Origin: an uncultured Methylomirabilota bacterium
GTDB lineage: Bacteria; Methylomirabilota; Methylomirabilia; Methylomirabilales; 2-02-FULL-66-22
Direction of reading: 5' to 3'
Assembly (NCBI GenBank): GCA_963845565.1
Contig: CAWJSJ010000002.1
Span: forward strand, 32,001 to 96,000
DNA: 64,000 nt
The translations under genes and the position numbers were made by a program. Each line of letters opens with the position of its first letter. Within the stretch, counting starts at the first letter, position 1. The notes under the pieces are model-generated. The model worked only from the letters and a program-made list of their open reading frames with translations. It ran no database searches and was not told the DNA's origin. Below are positions 51,335 through 60,819 of the stretch, piece after piece.

Positions 51335-52222
51335 CTATTTCAACGCCGTGTTGAGGAACTCGATGGTCCGGTCCCAGGCCAGGGTGGCGGCGGCTTGGTC
51401 GTAGCGCGGGGTCGTGTCGTTGTGGAAGCCGTGATTCGTCCCCGGGTAGATGTGCGCGGCGTACGTGACCCGGTGCGCCTTGAGAGCGGCCTCGTACGCC
51501 GGCCATCCGGCGTTGATCCGCTCGTCGACCTCCGCATAGTGAAGCAGCAGGGGCGCCTTGATCTTGGCGACATCCCCGACGGCCGGCTGCATGCCGTAGA
51601 ACGGCACGGCGGCGGCCAGATCCGGGAGCCGAACCGCCAGTGCGTTGGCCACGCCGCCGCCATAGCAGAAGCCGATCACGCCCACCTTGCCGGTGCACTC
51701 CGGATGCGATTTCAGGGCCGCCGCGGCGGCGACGAAGTCCTCGATCATCTTCCGGGGGTCCAGCGTAGCCTGCAGTTCTCGGCCCTTGTCGTCGTTGCCG
51801 GGGTAGCCGCCGAGCGGCGTCAACTCATCCGGCGCCAAGGCCAGGAACCCGGCCACCCCCAGGCGTCGCGTCACGTCCTCGATATAGGGATTGAGACCGC
51901 GGTTCTCGTGCACGACCAGGACTCCCGGCCACTTGCCTCGCGCCTCCGCCGGCCGCACGAGATACGCACGAATGCGCCCGTAGCCCTGCGGAGAGGGAAA
52001 GGTGTAATCCTCGGTTCGGATGCGCCGGTCGTCCCGGGGAACCTGCTGGGCCCAGGCGTAGTTGGGGCTGAGGCTCTCCACGAGCGCCGCCGCCGTCAGC
52101 CCGGCCACGGCGAATCGCGCCGCCCCGTCCAGCAGTTCGCGGCGGCTGATGCCGCCATGCACATACCGGTCGAACAGTCTCAACAGCTCCGGGTCGTACT
52201 CGGCCGCCTTCTTCCGCTCCAT
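51335..52222 (-). CDS. Dienelactone hydrolase family (YghX-like)
   Basis: [35 protein letters not shown]. Confidence 0.92.
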   Translation of the reverse strand: MERKKAAEYDPELLRLFDRYVHGGISRRELLDGAARFAVAGLTAAALVESLSPNYAWAQQVPRDDRRIRTEDYTFPSPQGYGRIRAYLVRPAEARGKWPGVLVVHENRGLNPYIEDVTRRLGVAGFLALAPDELTPLGGYPGNDDKGRELQATLDPRKMIEDFVAAAAALKSHPECTGKVGVIGFCYGGGVANALAVRLPDLAAAVPFYGMQPAVGDVAKIKAPLLLHYAEVDERINAGWPAYEAALKAHRVTYAAHIYPGTNHGFHNDTTPRYDQAAATLAWDRTIEFLNTALK

Positions 52223-52981
52223 GAGATCGCCTCCTCCCTTCCACTACGCCGCGCCGCCCGACGAGCAGGCAGCGGCCGGCCGCTCCCGATCCGCCCGGCC
52301 CGCCAGTGTGGCGGCGAGGGGCGACCCGGTCGAACGGGTCGACGCCGTACTCCCCAGCGATCGCGGGACACAGGTTCGAACGCCGGCTGTCGCGCTTGCT
52401 ACGACGGATCGCGGGCCGCTGCGTCCTGTCGCAGCGAGAAGGCTCAGGGATTAAAGCGGACTTGTCAAGGGCGCACCCATCAACGCCTGTCGTCCGCAAT
52501 TATTCTCGCGCACGAATCGCGCTGCCATCGTCTCGAAGCCATACGGCTCTGTGCGTTGCACAGACACGCGGACTCCCCCGCTTCAGGCTGGGCCTGGGAC
52601 TCACACCATAGTCTGCGTGGCTAACAGTAGACAGGGGAGTCTATCAGCGCAGAATACACAAAGGCCGGATCGGCGGCTATCGGGGCGAGAGCACAGGGAG
52701 CTGCGGTGGGGCTCTAGATCACCACCTCCTGAGGAGGTGCTGTTCCGCCAGCCGCTCTGATGACTCGGGTGAGCGAAGGCAGTGTCCAGCCAGCGGCCCC
52801 CAGCTTCGGGAGTGACCTGGGGATCGGGACAAGCGCGGGACCGATCCGCAAGCTCCCGCGGTGTTCCGAGCGAAAACATCCAGGCCAGGGAGCGAGGTGA
52901 TTAACAGAGTGACGCCAGTCGGCATACGAATCCAAGTCGCGTATAACACGCTTTACTTGCACAAATTGCCAACGTATTAGG

Positions 52982-53188
52982 ATGGCGACCGATCGCCTCG
53001 CCGGCCTGATCGACCGGTTTCCGCCGGGCCTGATCGAAATCTACACCCACCCGGCGACGGCGGACGCATTCGCCGGATCGGCGCCGAACTACCGCTACCG
53101 CGACGAACTCGCGGCGCTCGTCGATCCGGCCACGGTCGCGGCGGTGCAGCGCTGCGGCCACCGCCGCGGCGGCTTCGGCGACGTCTGA
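52982..53188 (+). pseudogene. C-terminal fragment of a HpnK/YdjC-family protein
   Basis: PPGLIEIYTHPAT..F.GSAP.YRY.DELAAL; no N-terminal part recognised upstream. Confidence 0.65.
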
Positions 53189-53207
53189 CGGACGGTCCGT
53201 TCCGCCA

Positions 53208-53798
53208 TCAGTTCCGCCCGGCGACGCGCTCAAGCTTCTTGCTTAGCACCCACGACAGGCAGAGGAATGCGATCAGCATCACGACGCCGAGGCCGGACGA
53301 GGCGTCGCTCATGAGCTTCTCGGAAACCTGGCCGAAGGCGAATCCGGCCCAGACAACGGCGCATGCCCACAGGCCGGCGGCGACGAAGTTGAGCGCCAGG
53401 AAGGTCGACCACGGCATCGGCGACATTCCGTAGGTGAAGCCGGCGACGCCGCGGATGCCGTGCGGATACCGATGCAGCAGGATCATCCACACCTGATGAC
53501 GTTCCGCCAGCCGCACCACGATATCGACGGATCGCGCCAATCTGGGAAAGCGTGCGAACAGGCTCATGCCGAACCGTCGCCCGATCCAGAAGCGGACGGC
53601 GTCGCCGGTGAAACTGCCGATCCAGCAGACCGCGACCAGCGTGCCCAGGCTCAGAGCACCGGAGTGCGCCGCATAGCCGGCGAACAGCGTGAACAGCATG
53701 CTGTGCGAGGCGGCATAGCTGAACACGATGGTGTAGGCCGCGTCGCCGTGCTGGCGGACGAGTTCGAGAAACGAAGCGAGATCGGTTGGAATCGGCAC
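53208..53798 (-). CDS. DedA-family membrane protein
   Basis: GSFTGDAVRFWIGRRFG, RYPHGIR, FLALNFVAAGLW; RBS GGAGG before GTG. Confidence 0.88.
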   Translation of the reverse strand: MPIPTDLASFLELVRQHGDAAYTIVFSYAASHSMLFTLFAGYAAHSGALSLGTLVAVCWIGSFTGDAVRFWIGRRFGMSLFARFPRLARSVDIVVRLAERHQVWMILLHRYPHGIRGVAGFTYGMSPMPWSTFLALNFVAAGLWACAVVWAGFAFGQVSEKLMSDASSGLGVVMLIAFLCLSWVLSKKLERVAGRN

Positions 53799-53967
53799 GT
53801 CGCCTCCATATCGAAGGGCTTCAACCGAATAATCGGGAACCACAGGCCGCAAGTATGCCAGACCTCGAAGTGCGCTTCTGATCGTTGGTACGGCTGTCAG
53901 CTCCCGGACGAACCTGGCTTGACAGAGATCCGAGGATGTGGTTTCATAATGTCCGGAGGTGACTACA

Positions 53968-54288
53968 ATGCGAAAATCAGTGCCCCGACCCAAACAACAC
54001 AGAGGGAAAGTACCCACCGGACGGGCGTCCATCGGCATCCGGGCGCTCAAAACCAATGCCTCGGCCATCCTGAAGGACGTCCGCGCCCGCCACATCACGT
54101 ACGCCGTGACGCGACGGGGTGAGGTGGAGGCCCTGATCGTTCCCGTGGATGTCGGAGAACGGCTCCTGCCAATTTCTCAGCAGGACCAAGCCTGGGACGC
54201 CTGGGAGGCCTTGGCGACCACACTCGCCTCCGAGACAGTCAGCAAGCGTCGCTCAGCCGTCGCGGAACTCGCGGACATGCGACGATAG
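53968..54288 (+). CDS. Phd/YefM-family antitoxin
   Basis: IGIRALKTNASAILKDV...VTRRG..EALIVP; abuts the PIN gene. Confidence 0.8.
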   Translation: MRKSVPRPKQHRGKVPTGRASIGIRALKTNASAILKDVRARHITYAVTRRGEVEALIVPVDVGERLLPISQQDQAWDAWEALATTLASETVSKRRSAVAELADMRR

Positions 54289-54729
54289 ATGCGGCTACTC
54301 ACCATCGACTCCAGTGTTTTTGTCAGTCGGGCCCGCGCCCGGGAAGTGGGCCACCCGGAGAGTGCGGCATTTCTGCAGTGGGTGCGCGCGACGCGGCCCC
54401 GCCTCTTTATCCCGACGCTCGTGTTCCCGGAAGTCGCCGCGGCGCTGAGTCGAACCGGCAGCGATCGCGAGGTCGCGCACCGGTACGCTCTCGCGATCGC
54501 CTCCCTCCCAAATACCTTGCTGGTGGCGCTCGACGAAGAGGTCGCCCAGCAAGCGGCGGCCCTCGCGGCCCGGCACAAGTTGCGAGGCGCCGATGCGGTC
54601 TTTATCGCGGCCGCGGCGATGTTTGCGGCCGAATTGGTCACCCTGGATGCCGAGCAACGGGAGCGGGGTGCTGCGGTCGTTCAGACCCACACGCCACAGG
54701 CTTTCCTTGCCACAACCACAACACCATAG
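54289..54729 (+). CDS. PIN-domain (VapC) toxin
   Basis: TIDSSVF, PEVAAAL, LRGADAVF, LVTLD. Confidence 0.88.
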   Translation: MRLLTIDSSVFVSRARAREVGHPESAAFLQWVRATRPRLFIPTLVFPEVAAALSRTGSDREVAHRYALAIASLPNTLLVALDEEVAQQAAALAARHKLRGADAVFIAAAAMFAAELVTLDAEQRERGAAVVQTHTPQAFLATTTTP

Positions 54730-54964
54730 CCCCCTTCCATTACGCAAGGCCACCTGGCCAGTACAGATTTCGTGTGAGGACTTGCTCTCGCGGGGGAGCG
54801 CGGCGTTCGACCATAGGTTCTAAAACAACTTGTTGTTGACTCAAATCCTGAGGGGATTCCACTCCGCCACCCCCCGTCCCCTCCGCGCCGAAGCCCACGG
54901 ACGCGGGCATCCTTCGGGTCAGCACCTATGGATGCGCGTGCATATGCGGCAAGCCTCCAGACAC

Positions 54965-54999
54965 CACAGGCCCCTGCGGGGCTTCCGCCGGGGCCTGTG
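54965..54999 (-). terminator. Hairpin just past the duplicated tRNA 3' end (likely original tRNA terminator)
   Basis: CACAGGCCCC...GGGGCCTGTG. Confidence 0.5.
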
Positions 55000-55013
55000 T
55001 CAATCTTGGATGG

Positions 55014-55056
55014 TGGTGGGCGAAGGTGGTATCGAACCACCGACCCCCTGCTTGTA
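55014..55056 (-). repeat. att site: exact 43-bp duplicate of the tRNA-Val 3' half
   Basis: TGGTGGGCGAAGGTGGTATCGAACCACCGACCCCCTGCTTGTA is identical to 58285-58327. Confidence 0.95.
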
Positions 55057-55299
55057 GCGCCACTGTTCATCACCCGATGTGCTCTGGTCGTGGCAAGCCA
55101 GAGACGTCGCTTACACACGGCACTTGAGCAGGCGGCGGTCGGCAGGCCTCGCCGCCTGCCGGAAAGCACTACGCAGTTGGTCCAGAGCTTCCGAGACGCG
55201 CGGCAGCGCCTGCTCGTGTCTTTCGGTAAACAGCCTTTTCATGAGCGTCCCAACCTCTCAATCCGCCCCGGTTTCCCTCACATGCCGACCCGCGGCTGC

Positions 55300-56439
55300 T
55301 CAAGGTCTTGTTCCCTGCGCCGGCCTCTCGCCCGTCCGATGCGCCTCGGCCAATGCGTAGCTCGTGCTGCGGCCACCTTCAGGCCCTCGGATAAGGATGC
55401 CGCGCTCCACGAGAGCGAGAATGTCGCGCAGTGCGGTGTCCTGCGAGCACTTCGCCAGCTTCGCGTATTTGGAGGTGGTCAGCTTGCCCTCGAACCCGTC
55501 GAGCAGACGATTCAGTACAAGTGTCTGGCGCTCGTTGAGCGGGACGCCGCGGACGCTCTCCCAGAAGTGAGCCTTGGCGAGGACCGAGCGGAGAATTTCA
55601 TGCGCACCGTCGATGGCGCGGCCGAGGCAGCCGAGAAACCACTCCATCCACAGCGTGACATCCATCGTCTCCTTCTGTGTGCGCTCAAGGATGTCGTAGT
55701 ACGCTGTACGCTCCTGGCGGATCTGCGTCGACATGCTGTAGAAGCGCTGAGGGCTCTCTTCTGAGCGGGCGAGCGCCATGTCGGCGATCGCGCGCGCGAT
55801 GCGCCCGTTGCCGTCGTCGAAGGGATGAATCGTCACGAACCACAGATGGCTCAGCCCTGCCTTCAACACGTCATCGGTATCCGCAGGCCTGCTGAACCAA
55901 TCGAGAAACGAGGCCATCTCCTGCTCGACGCGCACCGCTGGGGGTGCCGTGAAATGCACCCGTTCCCTGCCGATCGGCCCGGAGACAACTTCCATCGGTC
56001 CCGTGCCGTCGTCCCGCCAAGCCGCTACTCTGATCTTCCTCATGCCGCTGCGCCCGGTGGGGAACAGCGCGGCATGCCACGCGAACAGGCGTTCGCCGGT
56101 GAGCGGCTCTGCGTAACGGCGGGTGGCGTCGAGCATCATCTCGACGATTCCCTCGACGTCGCGGTCGATGGGTTTAAGCGCGCCCGCATCCATGCCGAGC
56201 CGTCGGGCGATCGAAGACCTCACTTGCTCCGCCTCGAGCTTCTCTCCCTCGATCTCGCTGGTCTTGACGATGTCGCTTGTTAGCGTTTGCAGAACGGCTT
56301 CCTGGCGGAGGTCAAACCCGAGGGCTTCCATGCGGCCGATCAACCGGCCCTGCCTGTGGCGCACGGACGCCAAGGGCTCCGCCAGACGGTCCTTGTCCCA
56401 GCGAAACTTCGGCCAGTCCTGAAGCTCATGGATGTACAT
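55300..56439 (-). CDS. Fic-family protein (DUF4172 N-terminus, C-terminal HTH)
   Basis: HPFDDGNGRIAR; MYIHE..DWP.F.W; KYAKLAKCSQDTALRDI..L, GGRSTSY. Confidence 0.95.
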   Translation of the reverse strand: MYIHELQDWPKFRWDKDRLAEPLASVRHRQGRLIGRMEALGFDLRQEAVLQTLTSDIVKTSEIEGEKLEAEQVRSSIARRLGMDAGALKPIDRDVEGIVEMMLDATRRYAEPLTGERLFAWHAALFPTGRSGMRKIRVAAWRDDGTGPMEVVSGPIGRERVHFTAPPAVRVEQEMASFLDWFSRPADTDDVLKAGLSHLWFVTIHPFDDGNGRIARAIADMALARSEESPQRFYSMSTQIRQERTAYYDILERTQKETMDVTLWMEWFLGCLGRAIDGAHEILRSVLAKAHFWESVRGVPLNERQTLVLNRLLDGFEGKLTTSKYAKLAKCSQDTALRDILALVERGILIRGPEGGRSTSYALAEAHRTGERPAQGTRP

Positions 56440-56452
56440 TCGCCGCTCCATC

Positions 56453-56533
56453 TGCGGAGATTATAATCCGGATTCGCCGCAATGGCAATATACGCCGCAC
56501 ATTCTGCGGAGAATACGCCTGGTAATCACCGCA
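56453..56533 (-). promoter_or_regulatory. fic sigma70 promoter with two 29-bp palindromic operators
   Basis: TTGCCA(56483-56488)-17-TATAAT(56460-56465); TGCGG-N19-CCGCA at 56453-56481 and 56505-56533. Confidence 0.75.
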
Positions 56534-56594
56534 CGGCTCTGTCTCGCAAGGTGCATTTGAGCGTGTTCCTTCTCGCAGGGGCGTGTTCGGCGGG

Positions 56595-57830
56595 CTACCG
56601 CTCCTCCGGCGCCTTCCAGTTGAGGAAGCGCTGCAGAGCGTCGACTCCCCCGAAGAGAGCACGCGCCCGATGCAGTCGGTCGAGCAGTGCCACTCGGTCC
56701 TGTTCGCCGAGTGCAGCGGCGCGCCGCTCGGCATCTTCGAAGAACCCTTCGATTCGCTTTGCCAGGCCCCACGCTTCGATGAGCCCGAATAGCTGCTCTC
56801 GGCTCTCCTTGATGTTCTGGACCCGGCGTCGCTCCGCCTCTTCGCGTTGCCAGCGCTCGTGCTGCGCCTGCCACTCCCGCCGCCGGATCTCTGCTTGTCG
56901 CTCGCCCTCCGCGACGAGCCGCGCAATCGTCGCGGCCTCCGGTTCCAGTTCACGAACGATGTGCGGGATCTTCGCGCTGAGATCGCCCCCCTTCGCGTCG
57001 CGCCACTGCTTCTCCCACCGCGCATACGCATAGGGTGACGACGCGCGTAGACACAGTCTCCCGCTGGGCATGTCGCGCTTGTGAATCCAGTCATACGCCG
57101 CACGTCGCTTCGGCACCGGATGTTGAGCGACGGGAACGTACTTGCCGTCGACGTACCGAACATCGACCTCTGCGCTCAGCTCGAAAATGGTCAGCCCGAT
57201 GGCCACCGTCCCGATGTAGACGACGGTCGGACGGTCGGGCGCCCACCTGCCGTAGTTGTCTCGCTCGCGACCGCCTTCGCTGCGTTCGTCGACAACCGGT
57301 CGCTGAAGGTGTTGGTCGAGCGGCGCCAACGTGACTCGGTGCCCACGATCCTCCAGGGTGAGGAATAGCGCATTCGCCAGGTCGAGGGCGCGATCTAGTG
57401 TTCCCCTCGTGGCAAACACATCGACCAGGCGCCTCTTCGTCGGGCGTAGGTAGCCACTGTCCGATGCCCTGGCCGCTTGGAAATGCTCGCGCGCCCCAAT
57501 GAGGAGATCGTGTTCGGCGGGGCGCATCCTCCGGACGCGTGGAGTCCGTGTGCCCTCCTCCGGCGGTTTCGGCAACGCGCACGGAACTCGCCTGGGCTCG
57601 CCGTCCCGGGACCACTCGAGCTCATCGCCCGGACCCGCCTCCGGCAGATCTGGTTTCGGCGACGCCTTGCCAACTGCAAGCTTGGCCCAGTAGCCGCGTA
57701 CTGGGCGCGGCACAGTCAATCGCTTGCAGACGCGAGCGAGGAAACTCGAAGAGACGTTGTACCGAGCCGCGACTTTCGTCATCGGCTCGGCCCATACCTC
57801 TTCATAGAGTTTCTCGCGGGTGATGCCCAT
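56595..57830 (-). CDS. Hypothetical protein with N-terminal HTH-like motif and C-terminal coiled coil
   Basis: ITREKLYEEVWAEPMTKVAARYNVSSSFLARVC...PRPVRGYWAK; RBS GGGAG. Confidence 0.8.
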   Translation of the reverse strand: MGITREKLYEEVWAEPMTKVAARYNVSSSFLARVCKRLTVPRPVRGYWAKLAVGKASPKPDLPEAGPGDELEWSRDGEPRRVPCALPKPPEEGTRTPRVRRMRPAEHDLLIGAREHFQAARASDSGYLRPTKRRLVDVFATRGTLDRALDLANALFLTLEDRGHRVTLAPLDQHLQRPVVDERSEGGRERDNYGRWAPDRPTVVYIGTVAIGLTIFELSAEVDVRYVDGKYVPVAQHPVPKRRAAYDWIHKRDMPSGRLCLRASSPYAYARWEKQWRDAKGGDLSAKIPHIVRELEPEAATIARLVAEGERQAEIRRREWQAQHERWQREEAERRRVQNIKESREQLFGLIEAWGLAKRIEGFFEDAERRAAALGEQDRVALLDRLHRARALFGGVDALQRFLNWKAPEER

Positions 57831-58284
57831 GGTGGCTCGCTCCCGAAGCGGACCTACACTGCGCCACATTTCGTCCGGCCCGAGCACTGCCCCGGAATGT
57901 TGTGCCCTACTCACGTCACGGCTCGAACCCGGAATCGCACCTGATTCCGAGTGCGCGATTCGATGCACTCTATGGCGAGCAGGTGTAAGCGTCAAGGCCA
58001 AGCCAGCTAATGTGTCCCGAGTCTGTTTGCAGCGCACAGACCAGCGGGGAGCCTGTTGATTGCCTTACCCCCTGATGCTAACGCGATATTTGATCGCAGA
58101 TCGCCCCGCGCGCATCGGCCAGCACGACGAACACGTATCTGGCGAGGTACCAGGAGTTGAAATGGCTGAAGATCAGATGCAGATGTTAGAAGTAATGGTT
58201 ACCTATCTTCCCGGTTGCACACCCTTCGAAAGCCAAAGGCTCCGACGACTGCTCCGTCAGAGCCTTTGTTTCCCACAGGTTATC

Positions 58285-58359
58285 TGGTGGGCGAAGGTGG
58301 TATCGAACCACCGACCCCCTGCTTGTAAGGCAGGTGCTCTCCCCCTGAGCTATTCGCCC
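58285..58359 (-). tRNA. tRNA-Val (TAC)
   Basis: GGGCGAATAGCTCAG...CTGCC-TTACAA-GCAG...GGTTCGATACC...TTCGCCCACCA; 75 nt with encoded CCA. Confidence 0.97.
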
Positions 58360-58462
58360 GAATCTGCTGTCCGCGCTTGGTAGTCTAGCCGGGTCGCGGT
58401 GTCTGGCAAAGCGAAATCGGCCGCCGGGTTCTTTCCCGTCCGGCGCAACCGCTGCGGCGTCC

Positions 58463-59227
58463 TCAGGGCAGGAGCGCGAGGGTCGCTCCGGCGTCCAGAG
58501 CCCGTTTCAACACCTTCAGTGCGACCAGCCCGAAGGCATCGATGGCGAAGTGGGCACCGATGGCCGGCCAGATCCTCCGGCGCCAGACGGCCAGGGCGCC
58601 GAGAGCGACCCCCGCCGTCGTCGTCTGCAGGAGACCCAACACGCCTTGGTATCCGTGCCCGGCGCCGAAGCAGAGGGCGCAGAGCAGGACGGCCAGGGCG
58701 TCGCGCCGGAGTCGCGCGCCCCGCGTGTCCGCCGCCGGCAGGGCGGCCCGCAATCGGCCGAGCACGAAGCCGCGAAAGACCATCTCTTCCCACACCGCGA
58801 CGAAGGCGGCCAGCGGCAGGATCGCCACCGCCGGCACGTCTGCCAGGACCCCCATCCAGTGCACCCGCTCCGCCGCCTGCGCCGCCAGGCTCCCGCGACT
58901 TGCGAGATAGCCAAGGCTGACCGCGATATTCATGACGTAGGTCCCGACGAACCCGAGTAGGCTCCAGCCCACCACGGCGCCGACCGGCTGGTATCCGAGG
59001 CCGAGGGACCCGCGCCACGCAACGTCGCGCCGGACGACGGATCGGACCGCGAACAGCATCACGAGGCCAAGGAGAAGCGCAGAGACCATCGGGGAGCCGT
59101 GGCGCAGCGGTGTGAGCCGGATGAGGAGGCCGCCCCCGTAGACCGCGCCGTAGAAGAGCAGCAGCAGCCCGGCGGCTTGCCGCAGCGCGACGCGGGGGGG
59201 AAGGCTCCACGGAAAAGGCGGGGTCAT
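58463..59227 (-). CDS. CPBP/CAAX-protease (Abi) family intramembrane metalloprotease
   Basis: WEEMVFRG, FGAGHGYQG, AIGAHF.ID. Confidence 0.88.
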   Translation of the reverse strand: MTPPFPWSLPPRVALRQAAGLLLLFYGAVYGGGLLIRLTPLRHGSPMVSALLLGLVMLFAVRSVVRRDVAWRGSLGLGYQPVGAVVGWSLLGFVGTYVMNIAVSLGYLASRGSLAAQAAERVHWMGVLADVPAVAILPLAAFVAVWEEMVFRGFVLGRLRAALPAADTRGARLRRDALAVLLCALCFGAGHGYQGVLGLLQTTTAGVALGALAVWRRRIWPAIGAHFAIDAFGLVALKVLKRALDAGATLALLP

Positions 59228-59425
59228 GGGACGGAACGGTTGGCCACAAGACGCACAAGAGTCACAAGGGGAGCAATGCCCCAGGCGTGCGACGCAGCCT
59301 GTCGGACATGTTCCTCCCGTGTTCGGGCAGTCGAATTCTGACGGAGAGTCCGGCTCGCCAAACAGGAATGAGATCGGCCGCTTTGATGCCTATCCAAATC
59401 TTCCCAAGTCATTCCACTACACTCA

Positions 59426-59568
59426 AGGCTGCTCAAAAAAGCCCAGACGCAAGGCGGTTTGCTGTAGGCCGAGTGAGGCGTACTGGAGGTACGCTGCAGC
59501 GAGTGCCGAGGCAAACGGGGTACCCGGCCGTAGGCTGGGTCACCGCGGTGGGCCTTTTTCAGCAGCCT
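59426..59568. mobile_element. MITE-like element copy 2
   Basis: AGGCTGCTCAAAAA...TTTTTCAGCAGCCT; internal AGGCCGAGTGAGGCGTACT shared with copy 1. Confidence 0.75.
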
Positions 59569-59618
59569 AAGCCGTAGTCAAAGAATTACTGGACCAGAGA
59601 AATTCTGAAACGGCATAA

Positions 59619-59667
59619 GGAGCCGTAACGAAATCAAAAAATGGACAAGTTATTTCGTAACGGCTCC
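59619..59667. repeat. 16-bp inverted repeat at the stop of the distal pilT-like gene
   Basis: GGAGCCGTAACGAAAT-N17-ATTTCGTAACGGCTCC (one mismatch). Confidence 0.7.
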
Positions 59668-60740
59668 TAAGCGGATTCTTCGTCGCGTTCCCTGAACTGC
59701 TCGAACGCGGCCTTGTTCGCCGCCTTGCGGTACGCTTCGCCGCCGGTGATGAGCTTCGCGTCCATCAGACGGCGCAGCGCGCTGTCGAGGGTCTGCATGC
59801 CGACCAGTGCCCCGGACTGGATCACGCTGGTGAGCAGATCGGTCTTGCCCTCGCGGAGGATGTTGGACACCGCCGCGTTGTTGACCAGAACCTCGACCGC
59901 CGCCACCATCCCCTTGCCGTCCGCCCGCCGCACGAGCTGTTGTGACACGACGCCGCAGAGCGACGTCGCGAGCATGCTCCGGATCAACATCTGCTCTCCC
60001 GCCGGGAACACGCTGACCATCCGATCGACGGTGGCGGCGGCGCTGCTGGTGTGGAGCGTGGCCAGCACCAGGAGTCCCGTCTCCGCTGCCGTGACGGCCA
60101 GGCCGATGGTCTCCAGGTCCCGGAGCTCGCCCACCAGGACGACGTTGGCGTCCTCGCGCAGGCTGGACCGCAGCGCCCCGGCGAAACTGTCCGCATTCAG
60201 CCCGATCTCCCGCTGGCTGATCAGGCAGTTTTTCTGGGGGTGGACAAACTCGACCGGGTCCTCGATGGTGATCAGGTGCTCTTTTCGGTCCTCGTTGATG
60301 AAATCCACCATGGCCGCGAGCGTGGTGGACTTTCCCGACCCCGTCGGCCCGGTCACCAGGATCAGCCCCCGCTTCTGCTTGCAGAAGGTCTTGAGGACCG
60401 CCGGCATGGCGAGCTCGTCCAGCGACCGAATGGTCGTCCGGATCACCCGGAACACGGCCCCCAGGCCCCCCAGATGCCGGAAGGCGTTGACGCGGAAGCG
60501 GGCCAGGCCGGCCACCTCGTAGGCGTAGTCGAGGCCGTGGCGCGACTCGAAGGCCTGCCGGACCGTCGCTTTCATGGTGTCGAGGATCAGGTCGGCGGTC
60601 TCGTCGCGGGTGAGCTCCCGGTACTTGACCGGAAACAGCTCGCCGTACAGCCGGATCCGGGGCGGATTCCCGGCCACCAGGTGGAGGTCCGACCCGTTCT
60701 GGTTCACCACCAGCTGCAGGAAGGTGTCGATCCGGTTCAC
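59667..60740 (-). CDS. PilT/PilU-family ATPase
   Basis: GSDLHL, RFRVN, GPTGSGKST, TIEDPVEF, VGELRD, ATLHT. Confidence 0.92.
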   Translation of the reverse strand: MNRIDTFLQLVVNQNGSDLHLVAGNPPRIRLYGELFPVKYRELTRDETADLILDTMKATVRQAFESRHGLDYAYEVAGLARFRVNAFRHLGGLGAVFRVIRTTIRSLDELAMPAVLKTFCKQKRGLILVTGPTGSGKSTTLAAMVDFINEDRKEHLITIEDPVEFVHPQKNCLISQREIGLNADSFAGALRSSLREDANVVLVGELRDLETIGLAVTAAETGLLVLATLHTSSAAATVDRMVSVFPAGEQMLIRSMLATSLCGVVSQQLVRRADGKGMVAAVEVLVNNAAVSNILREGKTDLLTSVIQSGALVGMQTLDSALRRLMDAKLITGGEAYRKAANKAAFEQFRERDEESA

Positions 60741-60819
60741 GGTACGTCGTTTCCGGCCCGCCGACGATCGGTCGAGCCAGCCTCGGCGCGGCGGGGCGAC
60801 GCCCCGCCGTCAGGCAGGG

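Larger units (their letters stand above)
55014..58327. mobile_element. tRNA-Val-integrated genomic islet (~3.2 kb), no integrase
   Basis: Flanked by the 43-bp direct repeat; contains two minus-strand genes. Confidence 0.85.

Noticed and set aside
52750..52790. Hammerhead ribozyme or fluoride riboswitch (CTGATGA)
   Set aside because: No GAAA core with flanking stems, and no matching 5' pseudoknot partner.
53919..53950. TTGACA...CATAAT promoter for the Phd-VapC pair
   Set aside because: The spacer is 20 bp, too long to call.
58060..58284. Integrase remnant next to the tRNA
   Set aside because: No tyrosine- or serine-recombinase motif could be supported.
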